Positions 35,314 through 47,524 of a stretch of 64,000 nucleotides of DNA are shown here, in pieces. A model generated the notes under the pieces. It had not been told where the DNA came from. It did not search any database and worked only from the letters and a program-made list of their open reading frames with translations. A program made the position numbers and the translations under genes. Location of the stretch: positions 2,583,839-2,647,838 of the forward strand of contig NW_003314267.1 of NCBI RefSeq assembly GCF_000143415.4. The letters run 5' to 3'. Position 1 is the stretch's first letter, and each line of letters opens with the position of its first letter. The DNA is from Selaginella moellendorffii (taxonomy: Eukaryota > Plantae > Lycopodiophyta).

Positions 35314-38306
35314 CAGCCCTAGCACCAATTATGATAACTAGAACTTAGTGCCAAAGGTGGCACGATATCGAAAAGAGGATGATGGTACCCTCAAGTAAAG
35401 AACTTCCTAGGATAAGGAAGTGGAGTTGCACTATGTGCAACGTAAGGTGTCGGAGACACCTAGAAAATTGACTGTGAGAAGTCAAAGTTAAAAGTTCCAA
35501 GTGCAAAGGTTATGTCCATGGAATCTGAGAATCGAAGGCATGCAATTAGAGTGTGGTAACCCACAATGTGGAAGCACCAACAATGAGTTGTAGAACTTAA
35601 TAATTATGAGGCAACTAAGCAAAATGTGCAAAATAATTGATTAAACTGGTAGAAGGTAACTACCTAAAATTTCTTATTGGGATGAGGAGGTTAGACATAC
35701 CCTTATAGGGGATAAATTACTCATATTGTGATATAGTAAGTCAATGTTGTAAAAGGAATGTCCATTGTCAAAAAAGGCTATCATTGGGACACCCAAACAC
35801 ACTAAAACACAAGGAAGTGGTGTTTGTTGTCATGAGGGCATTAGATAAAGCCCAAGGGATGAAGTCCCTAGTGAATGATGGATAGGAGGTGCTATCCAAA
35901 TGTCTAAGATTGTAGAGACCGAAGAAGTCCATTTACTTGAATGGGACAAAGCCAAAAAGCAATTTTAGCAAGGTTAGTGATAGGCATATAAATGCCCATA
36001 AATAGCAACGTTAATCTTGGGATTACAAGGCGAGCATACCTAGATTTAGGAACCACTCCCTAGGCTATCAGGTAGATTCATCCCTATGAATACTTGCTAA
36101 GGCATAGTAGAAAGTGCAAAGCTATCCTATTAGTCTGGAGGAGAATGACCAAAGGAAACATATGAGGCCAAAAAGCAAGTAGTAAAGGGATAGAACTGAA
36201 CCATAGGAATCAAAGAGTATAACAAAAGATGGTTATGTAACTTGGGAGTGGAGAATCAAGTGGGGGCTTGAGCAGTTTGTTATTAGCAACCCTGATGCCA
36301 TGGAGTCTAAATATGGAATTATCCATGTTAAACCATATGGTAATGCAAAAAGAAGAAGCCTTAGCAAGCTAAGAAAGAAAGTTCCTTGAAGGTTCCCAAA
36401 GACAATTCTAAATAAATAAGTACTTAGAAAGCCAAGTGTAAATGGTTCATAAAGCGCATGAAATCAGAGTGGCACAACAGAAGTGTGGTCTTGAAGCTTG
36501 CCATGAGGCGAGGTTATCAAGGTTAAGGAAGTAGTTCTTGAGTGTTCAATGAAAGGGCTTTGAACGAAAGTCGATGGTTAAAGACTTTCACACTTGTGTA
36601 TGAATTATGTTACGGTGGTTGGATGACTTCCTAAGATTGGCAAGTCAGGGGAACAAATACCCTAGTTGAAAGTGCTAACTTCAAAAGGGGTGGCCCATAG
36701 GGCCAAGCATGAAGAAGTCCATACATGATCATAGACATGTCAAGTGAGAAGACTTGGCAGTGTGGAGGAACTAAGTTCCTAAATTGTGATCTATAGTGTG
36801 CTTTAAATATAAGTTGGTGTACCGGCGTGGGGAGTCATGCCAAGCATCCTGTGTGATGCCGTTCGTAAATGCATATATGGAGGTTGGGTTTGAGTCCTGA
36901 CCCTCTAGTACTTGGGTTCGAGTCCCAACTCACTAGAGCGTAGTGATGGTTTGGAATATGAGGATATTCAGTTTTCAATAGTCATGGACTCTTAGTAAGG
37001 AAACTAACTTGAGCACACCGCCAAGCAAGGGATGCCCCAAAGTCATGATGCATGGTTAAATTGTTTAGTGTGAAAGCTCGGCATATTTAACTTGAACACT
37101 TTGGTGTAAGTGGCACCAAGAACGTGGTGAATGAGATGAGGACACCCAATCTTAGTTGGTATAGACCCTTAGCCAGAAGGGCTAGCTTAGGCGCACTGCC
37201 AAGTGTGGGGGATGCCCCCGGGATCATGGTCAACAATTGAAAGGTCTGGAAGATTTAGTATCTATTGGCTAACCTATTAAGGTGCCAAGATGAGATCATT
37301 AGGCGATCTTGTGGCTAAATAAGGACAAAGTCCTTGTTTCGGTAAGAAATAAGGTTCCTAGTTCAAAGTATTGATTTGAACTAATAATAATGGTGTGGCT
37401 TGGTCAAGGTGACCAAGTGGGAAGAACACTTAATGGAAATAAGCTATGACAATACAATGGTATAGTGGGTCCAAAAAAGTAGTCTCTAGAAAAGACCCAT
37501 GGAAGGGTCATATAATTGGGCTATGGATAGAGCCCATAGTAAAAAATGCTAAAGAGACTTACTAAAGGTGAGCACCCTCTAAACTTGGCAAAGTGAAACT
37601 TTTGCCATGGAACCGAAAGATTACCTCAAGGATGGAGGTAATAATCCTATATTGCTTGGTGCAACAATCAATGGATAAGAGCAAAAGACTAGTGGCTAAG
37701 AAAAGAGCTATAGGAATCATGGGACAGAACCCAAATGGCACAATTAAGCCAAGAACACTAATATATTGGATGCTAACGGATTGTGGAAGGTAATGTGTTT
37801 CCAAAGATGAATTCTCAATTGCTCCAATTTGGCAAAGATGGTAACTCCAAGGGAGAAAGCAGTAAGGTAGCCAAATGATAAGGCCATGGACAGCCTTAGC
37901 ACAAATTATTAAAGATGGCACAAAATAGAAAAAAGAATGATAGTGCCCTCAAGTAAAGAACTTCCTAGGATGGGGAAGTGGAGTTGCACAAAATGTGCAA
38001 TACAAGGTGTCAGAGACACCTAGGAAATTAACTTCGAAAAGTCAAAATTAAAAGTTCCAAAGTGCAAAGGTTATATCGATAAAAACTGAGATTACTCGAG
38101 AATGAGTAGTGGAATTGAGATAAAGAAGGCATCTCTAAGGGGTTTAGTGAGAACTAAGCCAATAAAAAGAGAGAACCACCACAAATGGTCGAACGAGTCT
38201 CTATGTTAGAGAGACTATGCTCCTTAAAGGATGGACAAGGCATGATGAGCCTTCGGTGTCAAACCATTCACGAATATTGGCTAAGTGCCAAAGATGGAAA
38301 GGGTAA
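35314..38306 (+). mobile_element. Family B degenerate internal region ending in a polypurine tract
   Basis: Homologous to 25150-27490; ~180-bp direct repeat 35353-35530 vs 37911-38091; AAAGATGGAAAGGGTAA immediately before TGTAAG at 38307. Confidence 0.72.
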
Positions 38307-41300
38307 TGTAAGTGACTAATTTTTCCATTCTACTTTAGTCACTTAACCACACCTTTGACCACTTGGAGGAGTCTCATTCACAACCTCCATAAGTCCAATT
38401 TTGGACTTGGGGCTTGCTAGCCCTAAGAATGGCATCTATGCCACTCAACCTTTGCATTTGGTCTAAGTGCTCTATGTGTTTGATCCCATGATTGACACCC
38501 CAAGGTACCACCAACATACCAACCCGTTACGCTAAGCCATGCCTATTCACCTTGGTCACATCGGTAGTCTAACACCACTTGCATTGCAATCCAGTCTCTC
38601 CAAGACTAAGCCTTCCGTCCATGAGTGGTCCTCCCAGATCCACTCCTTAGCATCCTTAGGATGCCCGTAGACATGGGGATTAGCCTTCCCTAATATCTCC
38701 TTTCCGGTCCTGACCAAGTCCCTTTCTGTCCATGGCCATGCTCGCCAACACTACCACTAGATCAAGGCCCACAAGCCCAACCACTAAGTCCTATGGTCCT
38801 CTAGGACTTCCTCACTGTGTGACTGTGTCCTTGGTCTACAAAGGGCTACTCCTCTTCCTTTCCACAGTCTGGGACTTTGGGACAACATTTTGGAACACCA
38901 TGGCCTTACGCGGGCCTCCAGGGTGCTTTCCTTGCCTTCCGCCTTTGGGTGCTTTAGCCATGGGCTTAGAGTGAGGTTCCGTTGAGCCACGCCTAGTATC
39001 CAAGTAGGCAGTGCGACCCACACTTGGATTGGGAGCATTGACCATTCGATCTCCCAGGAGAACTAGAGCCAGCTCTTGAACATTTCACCAAGCTACCCTG
39101 TTTGTCGGTCCGTATTCACTCTAGTCTTGGACTTCCCAGTGGTCAACTCATCACCCAACACTGGGTATGGCCTTCCTGGGCCAAACTGGCCTTTTCTGGC
39201 CAAATTGGATCCACTGGGCTCCAACCCCCACTCTCCCTACTATACTTTTGGACCCCCACGCAGCCCCCCCCTCTCCCCCGCCCCTGGGGGACGATCGCTT
39301 TGGGCTTTCACCCAACAACCTGTATTAGTATTAGGACTCGGACTCGGTTTTGTCTTGGACTCCATCTCAGGTCCACCTCGGACTCCATCTCGGACTCCAT
39401 CTCAGGTCCATCTCAGACTCCATCTTAGGGCCATCTCGAACTCCACCTCAANNNNNNNNNNNNNNNNNNNNNNNNNNNNNNNNNNNNNNNNNNNNNNNNN
39501 NNNNNNNNNNNNNNNNNNNNNNNNNNNNNNNNNNNNNNNNNNNNNNNNNNNTAGACCGAAATTTTTGTCACGAATTTAAGTTATTTTCGCACTTGATCAT
39601 TGATCATTCGCTAGAGGTACTCTGCCAGTCTCAACAGTCCAGTGGGCACGATTGACACAATAACTATACGCTAGCTTGGATATAAGCTAGGGCTATATCC
39701 TCTAGCATCCTTCCAGGTCCACTTTGGGGCCTAGGGATTTTGTGTCTCACAAGTAATACATACTAATATTACTTTATAAAATGGTTTATCATTTGATGAG
39801 GATATTGAACTTCGTCTATGGGTGGTGGAGTTGTGAGACACAAATCCCAAAGCCCTAAAAGTGGAGCCGAAAGGGTGCCACGTGGTAATGGCTGAAGCGG
39901 AAGCTAAACAGAAGTAACATGTTTGGACTAAAAGCTCCAACTTGAAACGTCGAGAGCGGGAGTGGAACTCCTAATGAAGTGCTCAAGGAACAAGCATGAA
40001 GCGAGCAATAAATGAGTCTCTAGAAAAGAGACACAAGAGGACCAACACATGACACGTGGAGGAGTCCGAGATGGACCCAAGATGGAGTCTAAGATGGACC
40101 CAAGATGGAGTCCAAGATGGACCCAAGATGGAGTTCGAGATGGACCTGAGATGGAGTTTGAAATGGATCCGAGATGGAATTCGAGATGGAATTTGAGATG
40201 GAGTCCGAGATGGAGTCCAAGATGGAGTTCGAGATGGACCTCAGATGGAGTCTGAGATGGACCCGAGATGGAACCGAGACCGAGACCGAGTTTGAGTTCA
40301 AGTCCGAGACAGAGTCCGAGTTTGAGTTCGAGACCGAGTCCGAGTTCGAGTCTGAGTTGAGTACTAATATAGACTGTTGGGTGAAAGCCCAAAGCAATCA
40401 TCCCCTGGGGGGGAGGGGGGGGGGNNNNNNNNNNNNNNNNNNNNNNNNNNNNNNNNNNNNNNNNNNNNNNNNNNNNNNNNNNNNNNNNNNNNNNNNNNNN
40501 NNNNNNNNNNNNNNNNNNNNNNNNAAAGTATAGTAGGGAGAGTGTGGGGTTGGACCCCAGTGCAGCCAATTTAGCCAGAAAAGGCCAGTTTGGCCCAGGA
40601 AGGCTGTACCAGGTGTTGGGTGATAGGATAACCACTAGGAAGTCCAAGGCTAGAGTGAATATAGACCGACAAGTGGGGTAGTTTGGTGAAATGTTCAAGA
40701 GCCGGCTCTAGTTCCCCTGGGAGATCGAATGGTCTATGCTTCCAGTCCAAGCGTGGGTGGCATTACCTACTTGGATACTTGGCATGGCTCAACAAAACCT
40801 CACTCTAAGCCCATGGCTAGAGCACCCAAAGGCGGAAGGCGGGGAGAGTACCCACGAGGCTTGCTTAGGGCTAAGGTGTTCTGAAATGCTGTCCCAAAGG
40901 CCCAAATTGTGGAAAGGAAGAGGAGCAATCCTCCAGTGTAGTGACTAAGGATATGGTCATATGAAGAGGAAATCCTAGAGGACCATAGGACTTAGTGGTT
41001 GGGCCTGTAGGCCTTGATCCAGTGGCAATGTTGAAAAACACGGCCATGAATAGAAAGGGATTTGGTGGGGACCGGAAAAGGAATATTGGGGAAGGCTATT
41101 CCCCATGCCTGCAGGCATCCTAAGGATGCGAAGGGGTGGATCTAAGATGATCACTCGTGGATGGATGGCCCAGTCTTTGTGATGCAGGTGGTGTTAAACC
41201 ACCAGTGTGACTAAGGTGAAGGGGCATGGCTTTAGCGTAATGGGCTAATAGGTCGGTAGTACCTTGGGGTGTTGGTTATGGGATTGGACATGTGGAGCAC

Positions 41301-41459
41301 TAGGACCAAGTGTAAAGGTTGAGCGGCATAGATGCCATTCTTGAGGATAACAAGCCCCATGTCCGGAATATGACTTATAAAGGTTATGAGTGAGACTCTT
41401 CCAAGTGGTCGGAGGTGTGGTAAGTGACTAAAGTAGAATGGAAGAATTAGTCCCTTACA
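38307..41459 (+). repeat. Putative family B 3' LTR (~3.15 kb) formed of >1.1-kb inverted arms
   Basis: TGTAAGTGACTAAT...ATTAGTCCCTTACA; 38307-39451 is inverted relative to ~40060-41459; two N gaps inside. Confidence 0.7.
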
Positions 41460-42920
41460 TCCTGAAGCTAAAAACACCTATAAGCTATTTGTAATATTCT
41501 AACTGGATTTTTTGGGTGAACTTTAGAAATAGATGGATGTGCTGGGTGATATGGACTATGTCTATCATAAACTCAAATTGTCATGGTTTGCTGGGGACAT
41601 GCCAAGTCATATTTTCTACAATCTCCAAGGAACTAAAGATAAAAATGTGTTCAAGATTGCACCCTCAAGTATTGTGTTGAAAATTCCTAACAATACACCT
41701 TGGGACCACATACAGAAGCAATTACACTCTATCTCATTCATATATGAAAAAAACTTCTTTAGGGTATGTCTTTCTTGATGTTTACTAATGGTTCATGATA
41801 CATATTTTGTTAATAGGTGCATGGCCACTTCATCCCTAAAAAGCCTTGAGCAATCTCTATTTGTTGAGGCTGCCATGTTTACAAAAAGTTTAGGGTCAAG
41901 AAACAAACGCGAGATATTAGTTGATGTCACCATTGCAAAAATGAACGAACATTTTTTCAAACTTTGCAACTCCATGGCAAATTTTATCCAGATAGTGGCC
42001 ACCCCCAAGACATTTGTATGGAGGACACTTATATAAACCAAGTATATGGTCTCACTTCTGGCTAGTTCCTAAGAATGTCACTTCTGCTCAGATTCCTAGG
42101 GCAATAAAATTTTTGAAGACAAAGAAGCCACCAATAGGCCACTTCTTATTCTTGACTAGTGTTGATCAGAGCTCGCCAAAAGTTATTGTGTTCAAGGCTG
42201 ATTAAAGTACTGTGCACTTTCATTTCCTGTTCCATAGTGTGCTTTTATTTTCTGTTTGTACAATATATTATTTATAAGCTTGCTACATGGTTGTATCTGG
42301 ATCCATTGTATTATTACAACCTCAAAGTCTCTTGCAAGACTCTCCACCAAAGCAAGCATTCTAATCATTTTAGTGACTTCTTTAAAATGTAGGAACACTA
42401 TGACTTGGTCAATCATAGATGATAATTTTGGAGTATAGATATTGTGGCTTTAAATTTGAAATTGTGTGGTACACCATTAGAAATGGCTACACCATTTCTA
42501 ACGGTACCTGTACCTTTGCCAAACTAGCTGAAGAACAAACATCTATTTCACCTACAAGTTGCTGACCTCAAGCTTAGGAGCTTTGTCGCTCATTTCTTTG
42601 TCACCACTGTTATCATCAATGCTACTTGAATTGAATGGACAATTCTACATAGTACAAACATAAGGGATTGATAAAATGAATCAAAATATGCATTCATGGC
42701 TGCCATCACGCTAAGTTCAAGTGACACGTTAGGAATGTCCCTAAGATTTGATAAATGACAGTATACCTGACTTTCTCTATAAACAAGACTTGGATATACT
42801 TTGAATAAAGCAAGCTTGTATATAAACTAGCTGTTTTTCAAATGCTTCCTTTCTATAATTTTCACCATTCTTCAATTTGGAAAAAACCTCCATAGTGCTA
42901 GTTTTTGTGTATGTGTTCGA

Positions 42921-44640
42921 TCAAGCGAATTGGTTTTGTTTTGTAATGTTTTTCTAGGGTTTATGAAATGGCTAGATAGCCCTTGCTGCTGCTGCCAATT
43001 CGCAATCCAAATCTAAGGCACTGTGTCAACACTGCTGGAATGAGCCACATCCTAGTATTGTTTGTGTCAAGATTTAATTGATTTGTCTGCACTTTCTTCT
43101 AATGTCTTCCATTTTACTTTCTTTTCTTCTTCTCGAACGCTTCAACACTTGGCGTCTTTTCTGCTGTTTTTGTTCTTTTCCTACTAAATGAAAGAATAGA
43201 GCCAAACTCCTAAGCATGGAGCCAAGAAGCAAAGGCACTAGAGCACGAAACGACTCCCGAACGTACAGCCCAAGGAATGAAGAGATAGGAATACGGAGTA
43301 AAAGGACAGGAGCACAGAGCAACTTGGAATAGTCCTAGAGCATATAGCATCCCAATGCCATGACCAGCATGCAAAATGGAGCTAAATGGAGTTTAGCACT
43401 ATTTCAATATACCGGTGGCCTAATGCGAGGATATGGGTACTTCACCAACTAATATGGTATAAAACTTGGGTGTAAACAACCAAAGGGAACGACTTAAGAA
43501 ACGATATATAGGGGTTCAAATATAGAGGGAAAGGGCCTATGAACAAGAGTGCACCCCCTTTTCCAATTGGTTAAAGGTCTTAGGATATATGGGGTTAAGC
43601 ATTTTTAAGTTTGAACTAGGAAGTCCAAATTCAAGAGTTTACATTAGGCTTAGACCCAAGCCGGACGCAAAACAAGAACAGACACACAAGTTAGTCAGCC
43701 ATGCCCGACCTACCTACTATCCTTACTACACATTTGGAACCCCCCCCCCCCCTGGAGGAATACATGCTTTGGCTTTCACCCTTAGCCACCCTTAGTACCA
43801 AGAGTTAATTTATGGGATAAACTCGAAACTTACTAAATATAGAATGTCCCTAAACATGGGACAAACACCATTGTGTTCAAAACAATCTCTATATTCTGTA
43901 GATATAGACATTTTCTATAAATAGCATTTGGGACCAAATGGATAGTGAGGGTGTTTGGCAGACACAGTAAGCTGTCATTTAGCAAATATTAAAGGACCAA
44001 ACTCAATATCATGGGGGTTCCGAATATTAACAAGTGCAACAAATAAATTCCCCTCGCGAAAACAAGGTATGTTGTTATTTCCCATTTTTCTTTCATAACT
44101 TTGGTATTCTCATATAGGATATATCTTTGCTTTTGGCTCTTCATTGCATTACCTTGAGGAGTTCTATCAAATCAAAGTATTTGTGGTGCATAGAATTTGT
44201 ATGATCTTCATTCTTATTCCACTATTAAGAAATAGGACAAGGCAATTTCAACTATGTTTATAAAGTTCTCAAAAGACTTGACAGCTGCCTTTATACTATA
44301 AGCAGCATATGCTAAATGAGGCAAATCAATTTGTCACTATATTCAAGAGACTATGGTATTGATTTGGCAAATTTTTCTCTTTGCAAGAGGAAAGCACTGA
44401 GAGAAGTTCAGGCACTTTCGTGTCTTGTTGAGTTGGCTTTTTACTTTCAGTATAACCATTGACTTCCTCAAAACTTATCCAGCTGCTAGGTTACCATGAA
44501 ATCATAGTGCACTACTTCTCTTCATGGTTCAAGAATGACTTTTTGTATATCCAAATGGAGCTGTGCCAGACGAATCTACAAGATGAAAGCCTTGCATGGA
44601 CATTTATGGAGAAGAAGCTAACCAAGGTGATGTTTCAAGT
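42921..44640 (+). pseudogene. WEE1: WEE1 kinase gene fragment, copy 1 (interrupted by LTR sequence)
   Basis: Exon-like pieces EEFYQIK, EIGQGNFNYVYKVLKRLDSCLY, RKALREVQALSCL and YHEIIVHYFSSWFKNDFLYIQMELC match the plant WEE1 kinase N-lobe as I recall it. Confidence 0.8.
43365..44040 (+). repeat. Family C LTR fragment containing a piece of the family B leader
   Basis: Matches 8213-8790; ~43510-43643 matches 30286-30438. Confidence 0.75.
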
Positions 44641-44660
44641 AAGTAGCTTAATTGTGTCTA

Positions 44661-45750
44661 AACTTCTCTCAATGCTTTCCTCTTGCAAAGAGAAAAATTT
44701 GCCAAATCAATACCATAGTCTCTCAAATATAGTGATGAACAAATCTCCCTCATTTAGCAGATGCTGATTGGAATGTTTACAGCATAAAGGTAGCTGTCAA
44801 GTCTTTTGAGAACTTTATAAACATAGCTGAAATCGCCTCGTCCTATTTCCTGACAGTGGAGTAAGAATGAAGATCATACAAATTCTATGCACCACAGATA
44901 CCTTGATTTGATGGAACTCCTCATAGTAATGTGATGAAGAGCCAAAAGTGGAGACATATCCTGTATGAGAATACCAAAGTTATGAAAGAAAAATGGAAAA
45001 TAACAATATACCTTGCCTAGCTCTCTCAAGAAACACATCACTATTAAAAAAAGGGTTCCAGAAGCATGGTGGGGACATGACCTGCTGTCACAAAGACAAT
45101 GTCTTTACTTCTTGGTTCAAATATTCATCTAGGAAAAGAAGAACAGAACAAAAAAAAGTTGAGCGAGTGTTTAAGATTGTCAAAGTAAAGCTAGACATAC
45201 CACTTCTTGGTCTTTTTCTCCATAGAGGTGTCAGACCCATAGAGAATAGCTTTGAGATTTGAGCATCATGGTCTTGTTGCCAGTATTTCTCCTACAGAAA
45301 GAAAAACTAGAAAAGAAAAAAAAACTATTAAGTTGAGAGCATAAGAAAGTGAAAACTTTCGATGGGGTTCTCAAGAGAAAAGGCACCACAAAGTATCACA
45401 AAAACCAAATCAGGAAAAGAATGAAAACAGCAAGAAAAGACACCAAGAGTTGAAGCGTTCGAGAAGAAGAAAAGAAAGTAAAATGGAAGATATTAGAAGA
45501 AAGCATAGACAAATCGGTTAAATCTTGACACAAACCGTACCAGGATATGGCTCGTTCCAGTAGCATTGACACAGTGCCTCAGATTTGGATCACGAATTGG
45601 CAGCAGCGGCAGGGGCTGTCTAGCCATTTCATAAACCCTAGAAAAACATTACAAAACAAAACCAATTTGCTCGACAGGTGATAGGTGCAGTCAACAGCGC
45701 CATCTTCTCTCGCCCCACACAACTTGACTGCCTCCCATTGGCCGAGAGCA
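44661..45750 (-). pseudogene. WEE1: WEE1 kinase gene 5' fragment, copy 2 (inverted)
   Basis: QQVMSPPCFWNPF, HYYEEFHQIK and EIGRGDFSYVYKVLKRLDSYLYAV; reverse complement of 44063-44408 and 42921-43182. Confidence 0.8.
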
Positions 45751-46202
45751 AATATCAGCACAATTATTCACTAAGACATGGTTAAAGAAATAACCCCTTT
45801 ATAGTTACCCCCAATCGGATGGCTACAATTGGCTGGATTCGGTGGCCCAAAAAGTTCGGCACTCCCTCCTTATTATGATAGATTATTTAGATTATTGTTC
45901 TTACCTATTGTTATTATTGAAATGCTGTTAATGATTTTGTTACATGAAAAGCATTTGTCAAATTCAGCAACATCCACATATTATTGCCATGATCGTGCCT
46001 CAACAATCTGTGTGCACCTACAAGCCCATAATTTCTTTTATTCCATATACATTAATTTATACATTTTGTAATTAGGCTCTTGAAGTGTGATTACAATAAT
46101 AAGGTTTTCTCCAAAATCTTTGGCATTTCAAAAATTAAGGAAAAAGAAAGAAGAAAAATAAATAGCCAAGGGAAAATACAAATAATTACATCTAATCAAC
46201 AT

Positions 46203-47524
46203 TGTGAGTGCTTGGAATATGGAAAGGGAATATAGAAAATGTGCATCTCAATTAGCCCAAAAACCCTAGCTTATATACAGGAGTGAGTGGCCCTAAACCC
46301 TAAACCCTAAACCCTAAACCAACTTCATCACATGCTTAGCAGTGAACATCACGGCCACGACCACGTCCTCGCCCTAGTCCTTGGACTCGAGTAGCAGCAG
46401 CGTCAACCTCCATTGGAATAGGACCATCACTCATAGGAAGTGGAGCTGAAGGACGTGTAGCAAGAAGTGGAAGAGGCAATATCTCATAATGTTGTGCCAA
46501 ATGAAAAGCATTATCAAGGGTGGCGGGAGCAAGTGCATACACAAGTCCGACAAGATCTTGACAAAGTGTTGGCCACAACATTCCTAGCTTGATCCACTCT
46601 GACATATTGGGCTCTGCATGAAGCAAAAGACTTCAAACACCAAATTCTACGAACACTAAATTGCATCACCGACTCATATAACCCTTGGCAAAGATGATAT
46701 AATTGTTGGAAGGCATCATCATAGTTGTCAGCATGTCCAAAGGCGTGTTTAAAGATGTCCAGGAGAACACTCCAATCCGCACGAGTAGCTGCGCTCAAAC
46801 CATTGTACCACTACAACGCCGTCCCTTGGAGACACGTGGGAAACTCACACAAACATCGAACATCATCCCAAGAATGATGTGTGGCAATCACCGTGAAGTG
46901 ATCGAACCAATGGTACACATCATCCCTATGATTCCTACGAAAGAACTTCGGCCGAACGCAAAGATTGGCACCAAGAGCAAGAAGAGTTGTACTACGTGCC
47001 ATTAATACCACCATCAACTAAGTTTGGTTGTTCAATTGCAAGCATATAGCATCAAACAATTGTACCAACTGCTACTCCAGAGTTAAAAGAAGAGATTGCT
47101 AATCTACTATGAAGATGAATAAAAAAGAAAGAGCAAAAGGAGAGAAATGACAAAAAGCTAGAAGAAAATGGTAGATCTAGACAATGCAAAAAAGTTAGAT
47201 CTAAACCAAAATCCTGAAAGGAAAAAACAAAAAAAAAAAAGGAAATGAAAAAAGCTAGATCTAGACGATGCAAAAGCTAGATTTAAACCAAAATCCCAAA
47301 TTCAAGCACTCCTTAGGGACAATCAAAGGTGCCCCTCATCTCCACCAATGTGAGTGCTTGAAATATGGAAAGAAAATACAAAAAATGTGCATATTAATTA
47401 GCCCAAAAACCCTAGCTTATATATAGGAGCGAGAGGTCTGGATTGAAACTAATCCAACAGCTACCAAAATCCCACTACACTAATATTAATATACGGCATC
47501 GTAGCCATACATTTGGCCCTCACA
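46203..47524 (-). mobile_element. Family A copy 4, internally deleted, with telomeric filler
   Basis: Partial LTR 46203-46290, (CCCTAAA)4 at 46291-46320, gag fragment, PBS 47337-47347, LTR 47349-47524; ACAT on both flanks. Confidence 0.9.

Noticed and set aside
41460-42800. Very degenerate RT/RNase H-like remnant on the minus strand
   Set aside because: Only faint motif echoes; not enough to annotate.
47331-47347. tRNA or tmRNA gene 3' end (...CATCTCCACCA)
   Set aside because: Only ~11 nt match, positioned exactly as a retrotransposon PBS; no cloverleaf.
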